NCBI RefSeq assembly: GCF_032062105.1 | Contig: NW_026918900.1 | Span: forward strand, 496,001 to 560,000 | Source of the DNA: Saccostrea cucullata | Lineage: Eukaryota | Direction of reading: 5' to 3' | DNA length: 64,000 nucleotides | Shown here: positions 1-12,592 of the stretch, one piece after another | Numbering within the stretch: position 1 is the stretch's first letter | Layout: each line of letters opens with the position of its first letter | Notes under the pieces: generated by a model | Databases searched by the model: none | Seen by the model: the letters and a program-made list of their open reading frames with translations, nothing else | What the model was told of the DNA's origin: nothing | Translations under genes and position numbers: made by a program

Positions 1-1350
1 TTTCGTGTTGTATTTTTTTTATGTGAAACTTTCTTATATATTATTGTATGATTGTTTTGTAATATTAAAGTCGAAAGTTTTCAGTTTTACATCAAACACT
101 TGCATCTCAAGTATTTCATGATTAAAAACATGAAAAAGGGTTATATTGTAAAGGGCAGACAAGGCAATAACAAGGTACCGGGTATATAAAAAAAGACGAA
201 ATTTCTACGACTTCTTGTATTATTCTCTTTTATTGGTTGATGTTGATCTTTTTTTTTTTTTATATAAACATTGAATTACTAGTTCTTTTATATGGTACTG
301 ATATTTTGGTTCCCTTCCCTCATTTCTACTGAGATGGAAGGCCAATTGGAATACAAGTAGAGCTTTTTAAAAAAGCTTACCGTCTTTAGCAACAACCTTA
401 AACAGTAAACTGCTCTACGTCTTTCAAGTCGTATAATTCAAGAATTTTTGAGAAAAAAAAATTGACGGAAAAGACCGAGACCTTGCAAACCCCGGCCATT
501 CCGTTAAATGTTACTTTCTTCAAACGGAAAAGCCCGCAAGCAATAAAAATCAAATATTATTTGATGTTAAAGAGACCTGTAATTGCTATTAAAAATATTG
601 GAAAAGGCATTTTTTTAAGATTGGGAAAAATTGTTCCAATTTGATGGAAGGCATTTCAACCAATGAAATAATTGAAAAATTCAAAACACAAGAGAAGACC
701 CCTGTAAAAAACTGCTTGAACCCCGAGTGTCGACGGAAAAGGATGATGTTCCGAACCTGACGGAAAACTTGCAAATTGATGGAAGCTCTTCAAAACACAC
801 TGACAGTTGGTGGCGTCTCAAAATGAATGTAAAATTCTAGAAATCTACACGAACAAGCAAATAAAAATATTTTGTGCATAAGAACACTTATTGTAAACCT
901 TCAGACTAGTTAGTGGCATAGATTTATTCCTCGATTGCTGTATTCAGTAGAACAAAATCTGAGTTTCTGTTTTAGCATTCAATCTGTCTAGTATACTTGT
1001 AGTAACTTAATTTCTATTAAAGTGTTAGACAATTTTATCATCTGCTGTTTTAGCATACAATCTGTCTATTATACGTAAAGCAACGTAATTCCCATTTATG
1101 TGTTAGACAATTTTATCACTTGTTCATGGCAGTGTAAGACATAGTCTAAACGTATGCTTAAAACAGACTTGAAATCCAAAATTCATTCCGTATAAATCAA
1201 CTTGTTAGAGACGTGTGCGTAATGTTTCTTTGTGGGGTTACTTTTTTAAAAATTACAAAACGTAAGGGAAAAAACAACATTGATAAGATCTGTTCTTTGT
1301 ACGCTGACAAAGATTGATAAAATTTTAGATTTCACACAAGAACACATTAT
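1..1350. repeat. Copy 1 of a diverged local segmental duplication (copy 2 at ~6208-8250)
   Basis: Collinear similarity: 'tttcgtgttgta..atgtgaaact..gtcgaaagttt' at 1 vs 6208; 'gtctcaaaatgaatgtaaaattct' at ~815 vs ~6808; 'gttagagacgtgtgcgtaatgtttctttgtgg' at ~1204 vs ~7255; 'aacgtaagggaaaaaa' at ~1259 vs ~8160. Confidence 0.85.
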
Positions 1351-3091
1351 TTAAACAGAGGAAAATAAAACAAACATGCTATTATACATGTTTATTTTGA
1401 TATTGGCGATTGTTGGTAGTGGGATATCTAAAAGCAGCAAGGGGTGGCCAAGCGTAAAGGTCGACCACAAATTACAGTAAGCAGCAGCAGCAAACAACAT
1501 GAAAGCTTTATATTACATGTACTTAGAAGCATAATAAAGCCAATTACGGGTATACCACGAATGGTAAACAACCTTACATTAAAGTTTTATATATTTAAAA
1601 AAAAACTTTACATGGATGTAGTTATCGTTCCGGGTTATCAAACCGCTAACTTTACTAAAGATATTATAGCAAACAAAGCATTGCATGAAATTTGTTGAAA
1701 CAGTACACATTTTGCACAGTAATTGAGTTTGTTTCAAACAAGCGGAGCAGACCAATTCATGAATTTTTTGAAAGCAGCGCACATTTTTTACAGTAAATGA
1801 GTTTGTTTTAAGCAGCAGAACAATGAATTAAAACATTAGTTGAATGGCTCAACGCAAACGCCACATAGCCGAAACCTTTGTGATCCACAACTGACCTATG
1901 ACCATCCGCACTAAATTAAACCTTTTTACTAGGAAAATTGAAATAAACCATCTAAAATAAATATAGAACCCCTCCCTCCTAAATTGAATACTTCTTGATA
2001 ATAAATAGACTGAAACTATGCTATTTGCTTCATTTGATGTTTTAAATATGTAAAGTTATGAGAAATTAATCAAAAGGTTTTATATTAGCTTATCCTTGTA
2101 TTATTTTATAGCAAATATATCTAAACTTGAAGAATTACATGTGCCAAGATGTTAAGAAACATTCATATGGAGACAATATATTGTACCATTATGAAAATGG
2201 CTGATCTTGATATACTCTTTTTATTTCAACAGCAGCATGTATCAATTTATTCTGGCTGGTTTCAAGCAACACTGTTCAAGACGAAACCCATTTTACTTAC
2301 GCGTAAGTTTATCTTTGGAAATAAATCATGTTAATTGTATTTGTTAAGCGTTTGTCAGCGTTTTAGAGAGTTAATTCTCCAGGCTTATAGTGCTCACATG
2401 TATGTAATGCAAGGGGTTACAGCATCCAACGTTTTCCTCCCAACAATTACTCTAATGGGATCTTGAGATTATACCTGATGATAATACTTGATATGCCATC
2501 TTTTTAATGCTTATAATAAAAACAGGAAATTAACCTTCTCATCATATTTTAATTTTATTTTCATCAGTTCTTAACTCATTCCTTATTATTGATTTTTCAA
2601 CTTAAATAATCTGTATAACTGAGCAGTCTACACACTAGATCCTTCCAGCAACTTAATGATATGCACCAGGAATATAGCATTTTAAAGTTGACTTCTTATG
2701 ATAATTATAGATTTTTGCCTACTGAAATAATAGTGTTACTTCACTACCTAGATAAATAGTACTCAATGTTGCCATATTACTCATATATTACTCATTGCTA
2801 CTCATTTTTGCCATAGTGATAAGGCGGTGTCGTCTTGACAAGAAGCTATGCACCATTTGTACAGTTTTGTTTCTTGTAGTAATTATATTGTCTTAAATTG
2901 TTTATGCGACACTAATATAACTGGAAATTTCGGTGTTGTTAACTATTGTACAAGAAATGATACTCTATCATTGTTAAATAATTTTTTAGAGTTTTTTTTT
3001 TCCATATCAGAGTAATATATTCCGTAGCACTGTGAAAAAATATACAGTTGAGGATAACAATGTAATAAAAAATAGAATATGCTTTAGGCTC

Positions 3092-4014
3092 TGTTTGTTT
3101 GCTTGTTTGAATGTTGTTTAATGTCCCTCTCGAAAATGTTTTCCACTCTTATAGAGACACCACCATTTGCAGATGCAGAGCTGTCTATGGGCATGAAAAT
3201 ATGTCTGCCAACATAAAAAATATTCCGAACGGACTCCATTCGGATTCAAACCAGCGATATGTGCATTTGTGGGCCACATGCTTAGGCTCTATTTGTTTGC
3301 TTGATCATAATTGACATTTTGAAATCAACTAATGTCCTTCCATGTGCAAATCTGGTTCTTGAGAAGAAGGTTTTCAAATTTTTTCCTATATATTTTTATG
3401 TAAAACAGACACCACCACCTGCAGATGCAGAGTTCTTGAGAAGAAGTTTTTCAAAGATTTTTCCAATATATTTCTATGTAAAACTTTGATTACCAAATGT
3501 CATGATTTAATTTAGAATCTACACTATACCAGGATGCTTCCACATAAGTTTCAGCTTTTCTGGCACTGAAGATTTTCAAAGCCTATATATTGAGCAGTGG
3601 GGTCATGATTTGAACAATTTAATATCTACACTACCCAAGGATGCTTTCCATAAGTTTCACCTGCAACTATATATTTCTATGGGACCTCGGGGGTCATGAT
3701 TTGGAATCTACACTTATGCTTACATAAGTTTCAGTCTGGCCCAGTAGTTCTTGAGAAGATTTTCAAAGATTTTTCCTATATATTTCTATGTAAAACTTTG
3801 ATTCCCCACGGGGGTCATGATTTGAACAATTTAATATCTACACTACCTTGCTTTCACATAGTTTCAGGTCGGATTTTTCCTATATATTTCTATGTAAAAC
3901 TTTGATTCCCCGTTGTGGCCCCGCCCTTCCCCCGGGGTTCAAACCAGCGATATAACTTAAAGGATCAACCTCCTCACTTCGCGACTCTAGAGCGGACGCT
4001 CTAACCACTGCACC
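3092..4014 (-). mobile_element. Fragmented tRNA-derived SINE interleaved with decayed Cg170-like satellite/Helentron sequence
   Basis: The SINE tail/body at ~3092-3195 (tgttgtttaatgtccctctcgaaaat) and head at ~3933-4014 (gactctagagcggacgctctaaccactgcacc) match the intact copies at 20502 and 41770. Between them lie degenerate units such as 'gttcttgagaagaag..ttttcctatatatttctatgtaaaactttgattcccc'. Confidence 0.65.
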
Positions 4015-4356
4015 AAGATGATTTGAAATTAGAAAAACGACGGTATACATGTAATTACCATGTCTTAATGAACCGAATTAAATATTTTTGCATTTGTATG
4101 TTTTCAAGACATGTACATGTTGAGAAACACATGCTATATTTATAGAATATCTTATGAAGCCAGTTATCGCAGAAGTCTCATGATCAAATATTGGTTGACA
4201 AGATATCAAGTACATTATATACACCGTTTCCGGAAGATAATATAACATTTTTCTTAACAAGCCGGTTGACTTGTTTAAAGAGCATGTTTTTTCCATTATA
4301 CTCTATATATCTGCCGACTACAAATAATTTTTTTTTGACTTGACTGAATACCAAAG

Positions 4357-5598
4357 ATGAACAAGGTTCGTGAGGACTTTTTACTCAAACGACTGGCGAA
4401 CATTGAATGGAATTTTACATTAAATAAAATCAGAACCGAAAAATGCCTTCATATTACAAGTATATACGGTGCTTGGGGAGAAACCTATTCCTTTCTCTTT
4501 GGACCTCTGTTCTCTTTTATACCGTTGTGTTCCGCTTTTCTGATGTTAATTGCATTTAAGCGTGGGAAACTTTTTGGTTTTACGCAGATATTTATAATCT
4601 GCATCATGCAAGCAGACGTGTGTTTCATTTTTGCAATTTAAACCAGGGCATCCCATGAAAATAATTACAGGCTGTGAAGTTTCCAGTCTTCTTATTTTAG
4701 ATTTGTTTTACCTCATTCTATATGGTTCAAAGGACTCTTAGCTATTTTTTGGACTTGAACTACGGCTTTGTCGAATTCAAAGTTTGTAAATGGATTCTTT
4801 ACTCTTTAAGGATACAGGGTATAATCCACGGTGTTTCTATTTGGTTAAAAACACTAATGATTTTGCATCAAGCGTTTCTGGTTGCCTTTCCGTTTAAAGC
4901 TAGACAAATGAATTTTAAACATTATTTTTTTGGATTTGCCTTTCTGCATTTGTCAGTGGTAGCTCTATTTGAAATTAGCAAATCTGAAATAGAGTTTAAA
5001 GAGGTACGCTTAATGCAGCAATTTAAAGCAGGGCATCCCATGAAAATAATCACAGGCTGTGAAGTTTTCCAGTCTTCTTATTTCAGATTTGTTTTACCTC
5101 ATTCTATATGGTTCAAAGTATTTTATTACTTTATCATGTCTTACTTTCAGCTAATTCCATTCGTTATTCATATACTGTGGATTGAATATTTGAAGAGATT
5201 TTTTGCTTAGGGATATATACATCTTCAGAAATTTTGGTATATTTTCTTCTTCAGACAAAAATTTAGCTAAGCTATCCCTATTGTCGCCAAACGCTATGAA
5301 AACGTCAGCAAAGAATATTAGATTTATAATTCTTATGAAGGTCAACATTTTTATGGGTATATCCTATGTTTCTCAGGAATTACCACTCATTATCATTTTG
5401 ATGTATTTGCCCACAGAAGATATTAATACCTTTTCAGAACATCAGGTTTTTAATGGAATATATGTTATAGCTTTGTCTGCGACTTTCACATTTGGGAAAC
5501 CCATCGATCTTTTGATTTACGCAAGCTTAAGTTCAGCTTTTAGAAAAGTGATTAGGAATTTATTTAGTTGTTTCATGTTCAAAAAAAAAATGAATTAA
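4357..5598 (+). pseudogene. Disrupted rhodopsin-class GPCR, resembling sex-peptide/FMRFamide-receptor-like (Srw-type) molluscan receptors
   Basis: Three consecutive ORFs (4357-4641, 4722-5210, 5203-5598) supply 7 hydrophobic helices in order. They include a TM3 Cys plus HGVSIWLKTLMILHQAFLVAFPFKAR (cf. HTASIWLTVxLAxxRYxxVxxP) and TM7 GKPIDLLIYASLSSAFRK (cf. NxxIYxxxSxxFR). The gene is broken by a 100-bp internal duplication (4633-4732) and a frameshift near the T6 run at 5199-5204. Confidence 0.7.
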
Positions 5599-6207
5599 CA
5601 AAACTAACGCAAACATTAAGAATTCAATAGCTGAGAATATTCGCAAAAAGTTTCAGAAGCATAATAAAGGAAAATCTGCAAATGTTAGGTTTTTAACAAC
5701 AAAAAACACTGAAAACTTTGTTAGAGTCGTTTTCTCCCCATGGTACCCATCTTCTCTACCACAAAACATTGCGTTTATGTATTCAACATGACCCAAGGTA
5801 TGTGATTTTTTAAAAGCTTAATGATGTAGAACTCAAACATGTAGAACAAATAATATATCTGCATTCAGAAAATTTCACAATTGATTTGTTTAAAGAGTTG
5901 AAAATTAAAATGTTTAATTTTACAATTTGATAATAAACTGGAAGCTTAACTTATATAGAACACATTTTTGATTGTTCATATAGATTTCTATCACTTAGAA
6001 TTTTTTTCTACCGGTCATATTAAATAAATTCGATAACCATATTAAATGTAAATGAATATCAATGTCTTTGAACCGATAAATCGTTCAAAGGAGAATGCAT
6101 TGTATACAGTCTCTTCACAAATAATGTACATGCTTATTTGACAAAATGAATGTCTACGTTAGAATTTGTATTATTTGTAAAATAATTCTGTACTTATGCT
6201 TCATTTC

Positions 6208-8250
6208 TTTCGTGTTGTACATGTACATGTATTTTTTTTTATGTAAAACTTACTCTATCATATTAGAGTCGTGTATGAATGTTTTGTAATATTAATGTCG
6301 AAAGTTTTAGTTTTAAATCACATACTGGCATCTCAAATATATCATGGATAAAACATGAAAACTGGATAAGTTGCAAAGGACAGACAATGATAATATATAA
6401 ACACTGGTGAAATTTCTACGACATAGTTGAATCTACACTTTTCAAAAGTTATGTCCATTGGCCGCCATCTTTGGGGAAAAACCCATACACTCCTCACAGT
6501 AGCTTTATAGTTTTCTGGTTTGTATCTCTTATCTGACCAGAAAAACTCTGTGCATCTTGTAAATTGATTGAATTGGACTTATTATATTTAATTGATTGAT
6601 GTTGATTTTGTTTTTATGAAAATATTGAATTACATGTTCTTCTTTTAAATTGCACTGATATTTTGGTTCCCTTCCCTTATTTTTACTGAGATAGAAGGTA
6701 TTTGCACATATCTCAAAACACAAAGAAGATCCCTCATTGCTTAAGCCCCCAACCCCCGAATGTCGGGGATGAGCCTAAACTTGCAGTTCTCCACTGAGAG
6801 TTGGTGCGTCTCAAAATGAATGTAAAATTCTCGAAAGGTACTTCAAACTATATAACAAACAAATAAAATTAGCAGTTAGTGTAAACTTTCCAGACTACTG
6901 AGTGGTATAGCTTCATTCCTTGATTGCTGAATCCAGTAGACTCAAATATGGCAAATTATGTAGATATGCGACAGATACAAGGCCACAATGGAATAAATTA
7001 TCAGACATGCACAAATGTCTTAATTATCTTCAGCTAATATCTTCTAGACCACTTGGCTGCTTTTTTTTTTTTAAAGAAAATAAAGTTTCTGTTTTAGCAT
7101 TCAATCTGTCTAATAAACATATACATGTAGTAACGTAATGTCTGTTAATGTGTTAGACAATTTTATCACTTGTTCATGTAGTGTAAGACAGCGAGACTTC
7201 AAATAAGTATTTCCACTCAAAAGTTTCTTACGTAAATCAACTTGTTTGAGATATGTTAGAGACGTGTGCGTAATGTTTCTTTGTGGATTTACTTCAAAAA
7301 ACAAGATGTGTTTGTGAAACATTGATGCCCCCATATGGCTACGAAGTGAAGATTAAACTTTTCTTAAATGCAAATTTTATATATTGGTACCCAAAGTAGG
7401 GTCTCCTAACTGGAAATACAATTGTGAAATATGAAAACCCTATCACCATCTGTTCCCAAGTTATGGCCAGGATAAAGTTTTTTCATATGTAAAGGGTCAG
7501 GATTTTTTGTATCAAATAAAAGGTCTTGCCACAAAGAATACATATGTGAAGCATGGAAGCCCTTGCCCTAACCGTTCAAGTTTTAACCAAGGTTAAAAAA
7601 ATTTTAAAAGTAGGACAAACTCCAAGATCAAGGTCAGAAGGTCAAGGTTATTGGTATTCAATGAAAGGTCTTTAATGAAAGGTCTTGTCACAAGATTTAC
7701 ATATGTGAAGTATGAAAGCCCTAGCCCTTACCGTTAAAAAGTTATTGCCAAGGTTAATGTTTTTTTCATAAGTCCGGAAATCTCTAAGGTCAAGGTCAAA
7801 AGGTCAAGGGTTTTGGTCAGTGAAAGGTCTTGCCACAAAGAATACATATATATAGTATGGAAGCCATAGCTCTGACTGTTCAAAAGTTATTGCCAAGGTT
7901 AATGGTTTTCATAAAGGAAATCTCAAGGTCAAGGTCAAAAGGTCAAATTTGGTGGTACTCAAAGAAAGGTCTTGTCACAAGATATACACATATGAAATAT
8001 GAAAGTCATAGCTCCACTAAATCAAAAGTTATGGGCAAGGCTAATTTTTTTGCGGACAAACAGACAGACAACTAGACAGCAGACAGAGAGACAGACAGAC
8101 AGACGGACACAACAAAAAGATATACCCCCGAAACTTCGTATACGGGGGCATAAAAACGGAACGTAAGGGAAAAAAACAATAATGATAAGGTCTGTTTTTT
8201 GGATGCTGATAAAAATTGAGATTTCACAAAAGAACACATTACTTCATGAT
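6208..8250. repeat. Copy 2 of the local segmental duplication, interrupted by a Helentron-like insertion at 7301-8156
   Basis: Collinear with 1-1350; similarity resumes directly after the inserted element. Confidence 0.8.
7301..8156 (-). mobile_element. Non-autonomous Helentron/HINE (pearl/CvA-like) element with internal tandem repeats
   Basis: The minus strand starts TTTTTATGCCCCCGTATACGAAGTTTCGGGGG (sub-terminal IR plus hairpin). It then has a (TGTC)n microsatellite and ~125-bp internal repeats ('aaggtcaaggtca..aaaggtcttgtcacaag..atgtgaaatatgaaagccct'), and ends GGGGCATCAATGTTTCACAAACACATCTTGT. It is absent from the paralogous site near 1250. Confidence 0.85.
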
Positions 8251-8463
8251 CTAAATACCATGTTTTTCGCATGTAGCAGCAAAAGTACATGTATGTATAA
8301 CTACGGACTACTTAGGACTACCAATCATTTTCTATTGACTTTTTAAGAGTGCCTAATCCAGACTTTTGAAAGTCATGGTCCCAGGGTGAGGGGTTCTAGT
8401 GCTAGGGCGTGGCTATGTTGAATATATAGTAAAAATTATCTTCTCTGATCCTAGATGGGTATT

Positions 8464-8817
8464 TAGTACAATTCTCAGGTAAGCTTGGAATTTCAGTTAG
8501 GCGTGCCATTCTCGAAGTTACATAATTAGCATCTGAAATTTACACAGCTTTCATTTCATGATAAAATATACATGGGATAGAAATTCCGGCAAATGTCAAC
8601 AAGTGTATCGAATAACCAATAACATTGTCTCGCCCGGCAAAGAGGTGGAGCTTTAGTCGTCTCATCGTCGTCAACAACATTTACAATTTTAAAGTTCCTG
8701 ATGTTATTAAATGTCTTAATCAATTAGAATCTATTCGCCATTTAACAGACGCCAATTACGTAGCGCCGAGAATGCCACGCCTTCCTGAAAGTCGAAGCTT
8801 AACTGAGAATTGTACTA
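8464..8817. mobile_element. MITE with ~23-bp TIRs and TA termini, inserted in decayed satellite sequence
   Basis: Left tagtacaattctcaggtaagctt, right aagcttaactgagaattgtacta (1 mismatch as an inverted repeat). The flanks (8360-8460, 8820-9240) resemble the 168-bp satellite at 27.3-28.7 kb. Confidence 0.65.
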
Positions 8818-9756
8818 GCAAACAAACTAAATGCATATCTTTGATGAGTAAGGGTGCCTCTTCCAAAATTAAGAAAGCCATGATCCCAGAGTCATGGGCT
8901 CTGGTGTTAGGGCAGGGCTCTAATGATTACATAGTAAAAATGCAATAACTCTTTGAAAAATCTTTCGCCTCTACTCCTGGGTATGAAGCCAGTGAACTAA
9001 GGGTATATATGTAGCTGTGAGAAATTCGAATGTTGGTTCTTCCAGATTTGTGAATTTAATGGCCACTTGGTCAGGGCTTTGTTGTCAAGGTGGAGGTCTG
9101 GTGATTATATAGCAAAAATGCATTAATTCTTTGGGAATGAGCCTGTGTATATTCAGTGATGAATTTTGTGTTAAGTTATGATGAACAAGGGAGCCTCTTT
9201 CCAGAATTGTGAACTACAGTGTATAAGGCTCCATGGTCTGTGCTCTCCTCAACGGTGGCATCGTCAACATACATTGTATTAGACATAAGAGCCGTTTTGA
9301 CGTATAGAAGTTAAACAAGGGCACTGCAAGGCGGAGCTTCCCTCGCAAAGGGCATATCTATTACTTAAGGCGGGATTCAACATCGATCCCGATGCAAATT
9401 TCATCACTACCGTTTCGCATAGAATTAACACGCTCTCTTCAAGAAAACACACCCACCTCAAGAAAACCCAACCACGGTTGCCTTACTATATCCCTTCCAA
9501 CTGCGTTGTGGGAAGATTATAACGAATATTACGATGAAAAAAAACTTATTTTACGCGGACAATTGAAATATTTTTGGTAAACACGAATTTTAACAGTGTT
9601 ATTTTTTTCAATAAAATTGAGCCGAAACAATACACATTGCCTGTTTTAGTGAAATTAAAATAATTATATATGTATATGTAGTAAATGTTTTCATTTTGTA
9701 TTCTATTGTACGATGGCGCGTTTTCATGTGTGATATACAGGTCTAAATGTTATTTC

Positions 9757-10830
9757 TTTTTTATGGGCCTGGATCGATAGATCAGGGGCGTATATTGTTT
9801 TTGTCCTGTCTGTTTGTCTGCAAACTTTAACCTTCGCTATAACTTTTGAACCATGAAAGACAGAGAATTTATATTTGGTATGCATACTTCACTAATAAAG
9901 CTCTTTCAAATGACATCAAGGTCAATGACCTTGTGACCTTGACTGTGACCTATATGCTAAGAATAGCTTTTTCTGAAAACTTAAGCCTTCGCTGTAACTT
10001 TTAACCCCCTTCCCCGCAGTCACACATTTTAAGGCATATACCATTTCCTATTTTTAACGCAAAATCACTCATATACCGTTTTCCCGCAATCACGCATTTT
10101 CACGCACTATAAAAAGTTCATTTAATCTTCAATTTAATGTCAATTTCCTTCAATTTTTTACTTGCTAAAATCTCATAAAATAAGAAAAGTTATTTTCTTA
10201 TTAAAATATTACTTAATAATATTATTTATGCTAAACTTTAGAGAAACTTGTACCGCACTATAAAGTGCTTGCGGGGTAATGGTAACGTCATACTTCTATG
10301 ACGTGAACATTAAGTGTATGTTGCATAACAGTTCAGTAAGTTGTAAGAAGTTAAATAATGAAAGATAGAAACTTCATATTTAGTATGTATACTCTACTAA
10401 TTAAGCTCTTTCCAATGATACCAATTTCAATGACCTTGTGACCTTGACTGTGACCTATATGCTAAAAATAGCTTTCTGTTTTCAAACTTTAACCTTTGCC
10501 ATAACTTTTGAACCATAAAAGATAGAGACTTCATATTTGGTATGCTTACATCACTCATTAAGCCCTTTCAAATGACATCAAGATCAATGACCTTGTGACC
10601 TTGTCTGTGACCTTTATGCTAAAAATAGCTTTTTTGAGCCTTAACCATAACTTTTGAACCATAAGAGATAGAGACTTCAAATTTAGTATGCGTATTCCAC
10701 TAATCAAGTTCCTTCAAATGACACCAAGGTCAATGACCTGGTGACCTTGACATTGACCTATATGCTAAAAATAGCTTTTTTCGAACTTTGTTGTCGCCGG
10801 GCGCATAGTGTTTCACAAAACACATATTGT
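9757..10830 (+). mobile_element. Helentron/HINE-like non-autonomous element with ~135-bp internal repeats and a nested insert (~10001-10345)
   Basis: 5' tttttatgggcctggatcgatagatcagggg, then a tgtctgtttgtctg microsatellite, repeated 'aatgaccttgtgaccttgactgtgacctatatgctaaaaatagc', and a 3' end gcgcatagtgtttcacaaaacacatattgt. Confidence 0.8.
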
Positions 10831-11689
10831 TTTCATATGATTTTGGCAATAAGTGAATTAAACAATAACATTTGTTTCTGACTTCTTCTGTAATCACAAA
10901 CAACTTTTTTCGTAAATCTATTAAATCATATTCACTTTTGTAATAAAAGTCATAATTTCTTTTCATTTCGCCCAAAACATTGAACTTTAATTAAAAAAAA
11001 AATAACTTTGACAAATAAAAATTAGTTGAGAGTCCATTATTTCGATTTCAGACTGAAAATTTTACTTGAAGAAGCTCTAAACACTAACAGAAACTGTTTT
11101 TTGGACTCAAAGAAAAAATATATCATATAAAGATATGCATTTGAGACTTTCTCATTCATTTAGAACATAGGGTACGTGCGTTATTTGCGCAGGAAAAATG
11201 TTCAAAGACAATGGACTATTTTTGAGCAGAAATCACTGTTGTTTACTTACATTAGGAAAATTAATGAAAATAATTCATTAAATTTCTTACTCTTGGCCTA
11301 ATATAATGCTAAAAATATTTTAATCTATTATAAATTATGTAATTAACGGTAAATAACAATTTCTTTAATCTTATCTTACAGCTACATGTAAGGGCAGATC
11401 ACTCTAACTGCATAAAACTACCCAATACATAGAGCTCTTTCGTGTGCAGTGTTAAGAGCGTCCTTAATATTTTTACCTGTTCACCGTCAGATCACCTGCG
11501 TAAAGTAGAAGTTATCTCTCTTGTCATGTTTACGATACAGAGATTGTATGCTATAATAGATGTTTCTTAAAAATCAATGCTTTGAGTGTGAGTATGTTAA
11601 AATTTTAATTTAGAAAAAAAAAATACAGAAATACTCTCTAGTCTTCTCAATTAAGTCAATCATTTATAAAAATGCATTGGTATCGAAAA

Positions 11690-12300
11690 GGCACGTGGAT
11701 TTGCATTGAACTTGACGTAAACAGAAAATTGTGCCTGGTTAACCAATACGAGAGTGGGGACCCGCGAAAGGGCCGCTGATTTTTGCTGCGAACATCTTCA
11801 GCGTATATATACACCGTATGACGATTGGAAAAACGGTTGAACTCTCATTGTTACAATTAACAGAACATAATGAGTTTTCCACAAAATAACATGTCGTCCA
11901 TTGGAACGGTTTAGGCCTTAGATTATAAAAAAAGAGAAAATCGAGAGAATTTAATGAGGTATCGCCTGTTAACTTTCTTTTAGTGTTTTATATTAGAAAA
12001 GATGGTTCAATATTGGACGGATCGTGGATAAATATAAGAGGCGCGTTAACGGTAATATTGGAGATTTATATTACATTTGATTATTGCGATGATACACATT
12101 ATCGTGTGATAAGTTGGCTATTTACGGTGTATTGAGATGCTGTGCGGTCTGTCTGTCGCTGCGATAACATAGATAGATAGTGGACAGTAGCTGTCGTACT
12201 ATAGAGTCTCCGATATACCTATAGTTTTACAACAGTGCTCCGTACGCCCTCAGTTTACTGTCGTCAATGAAAATTGAGTGGAGACATTTCAATTCTCGGA
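11690..12300 (+). promoter_or_regulatory. Probable promoter/5'UTR region of the NCKX gene
   Basis: Locally CpG-richer segment just upstream of ATG 12301, with CACGTG (~11692), TGACGTAA (~11713), CCAAT/ATTGG boxes (~11743, ~11824) and TATATATA (~11804). Motif presence only; the TSS is unknown. Confidence 0.3.
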
Positions 12301-12592
12301 ATGGAAAAAAATGACACCAGGCAGGTAGAGTGTACAAGAATTCTGCTCCAAGATGACGGAGATTTTAACACCGTCCGGACATGTGACAAAAAGGCATGCT
12401 GGAGATCCAAGAAAAAGAGCGCCAAGTTACTGTGTCTAGCGCTTCTATATGTGGGGTTTGTTGTGTGTAATGTTCTAAGTCGGGTGTACAACGAAATCCA
12501 AAAACAGGAAGTGGACGGGTATAATGAGGTCATACGGGTCAAAAGAAACGCCGAAATTGATGTCCTGAAAATTAACGGATCGCTGGAACAAG
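12301..12592 (+). CDS. SLC24A: NCKX exon 1 (N-terminus, hydrophobic TM0/signal segment, RVKR)
   Basis: ATG 12301, [17 protein letters not shown], donor CAAG|gtagat; phase 1 matches exon 2. Confidence 0.8.

Noticed and set aside
373-790. Possible old TIR element present only in duplication copy 1
   Set aside because: The inverted similarity of the ends is too weak and no TSD could be defined by eye.
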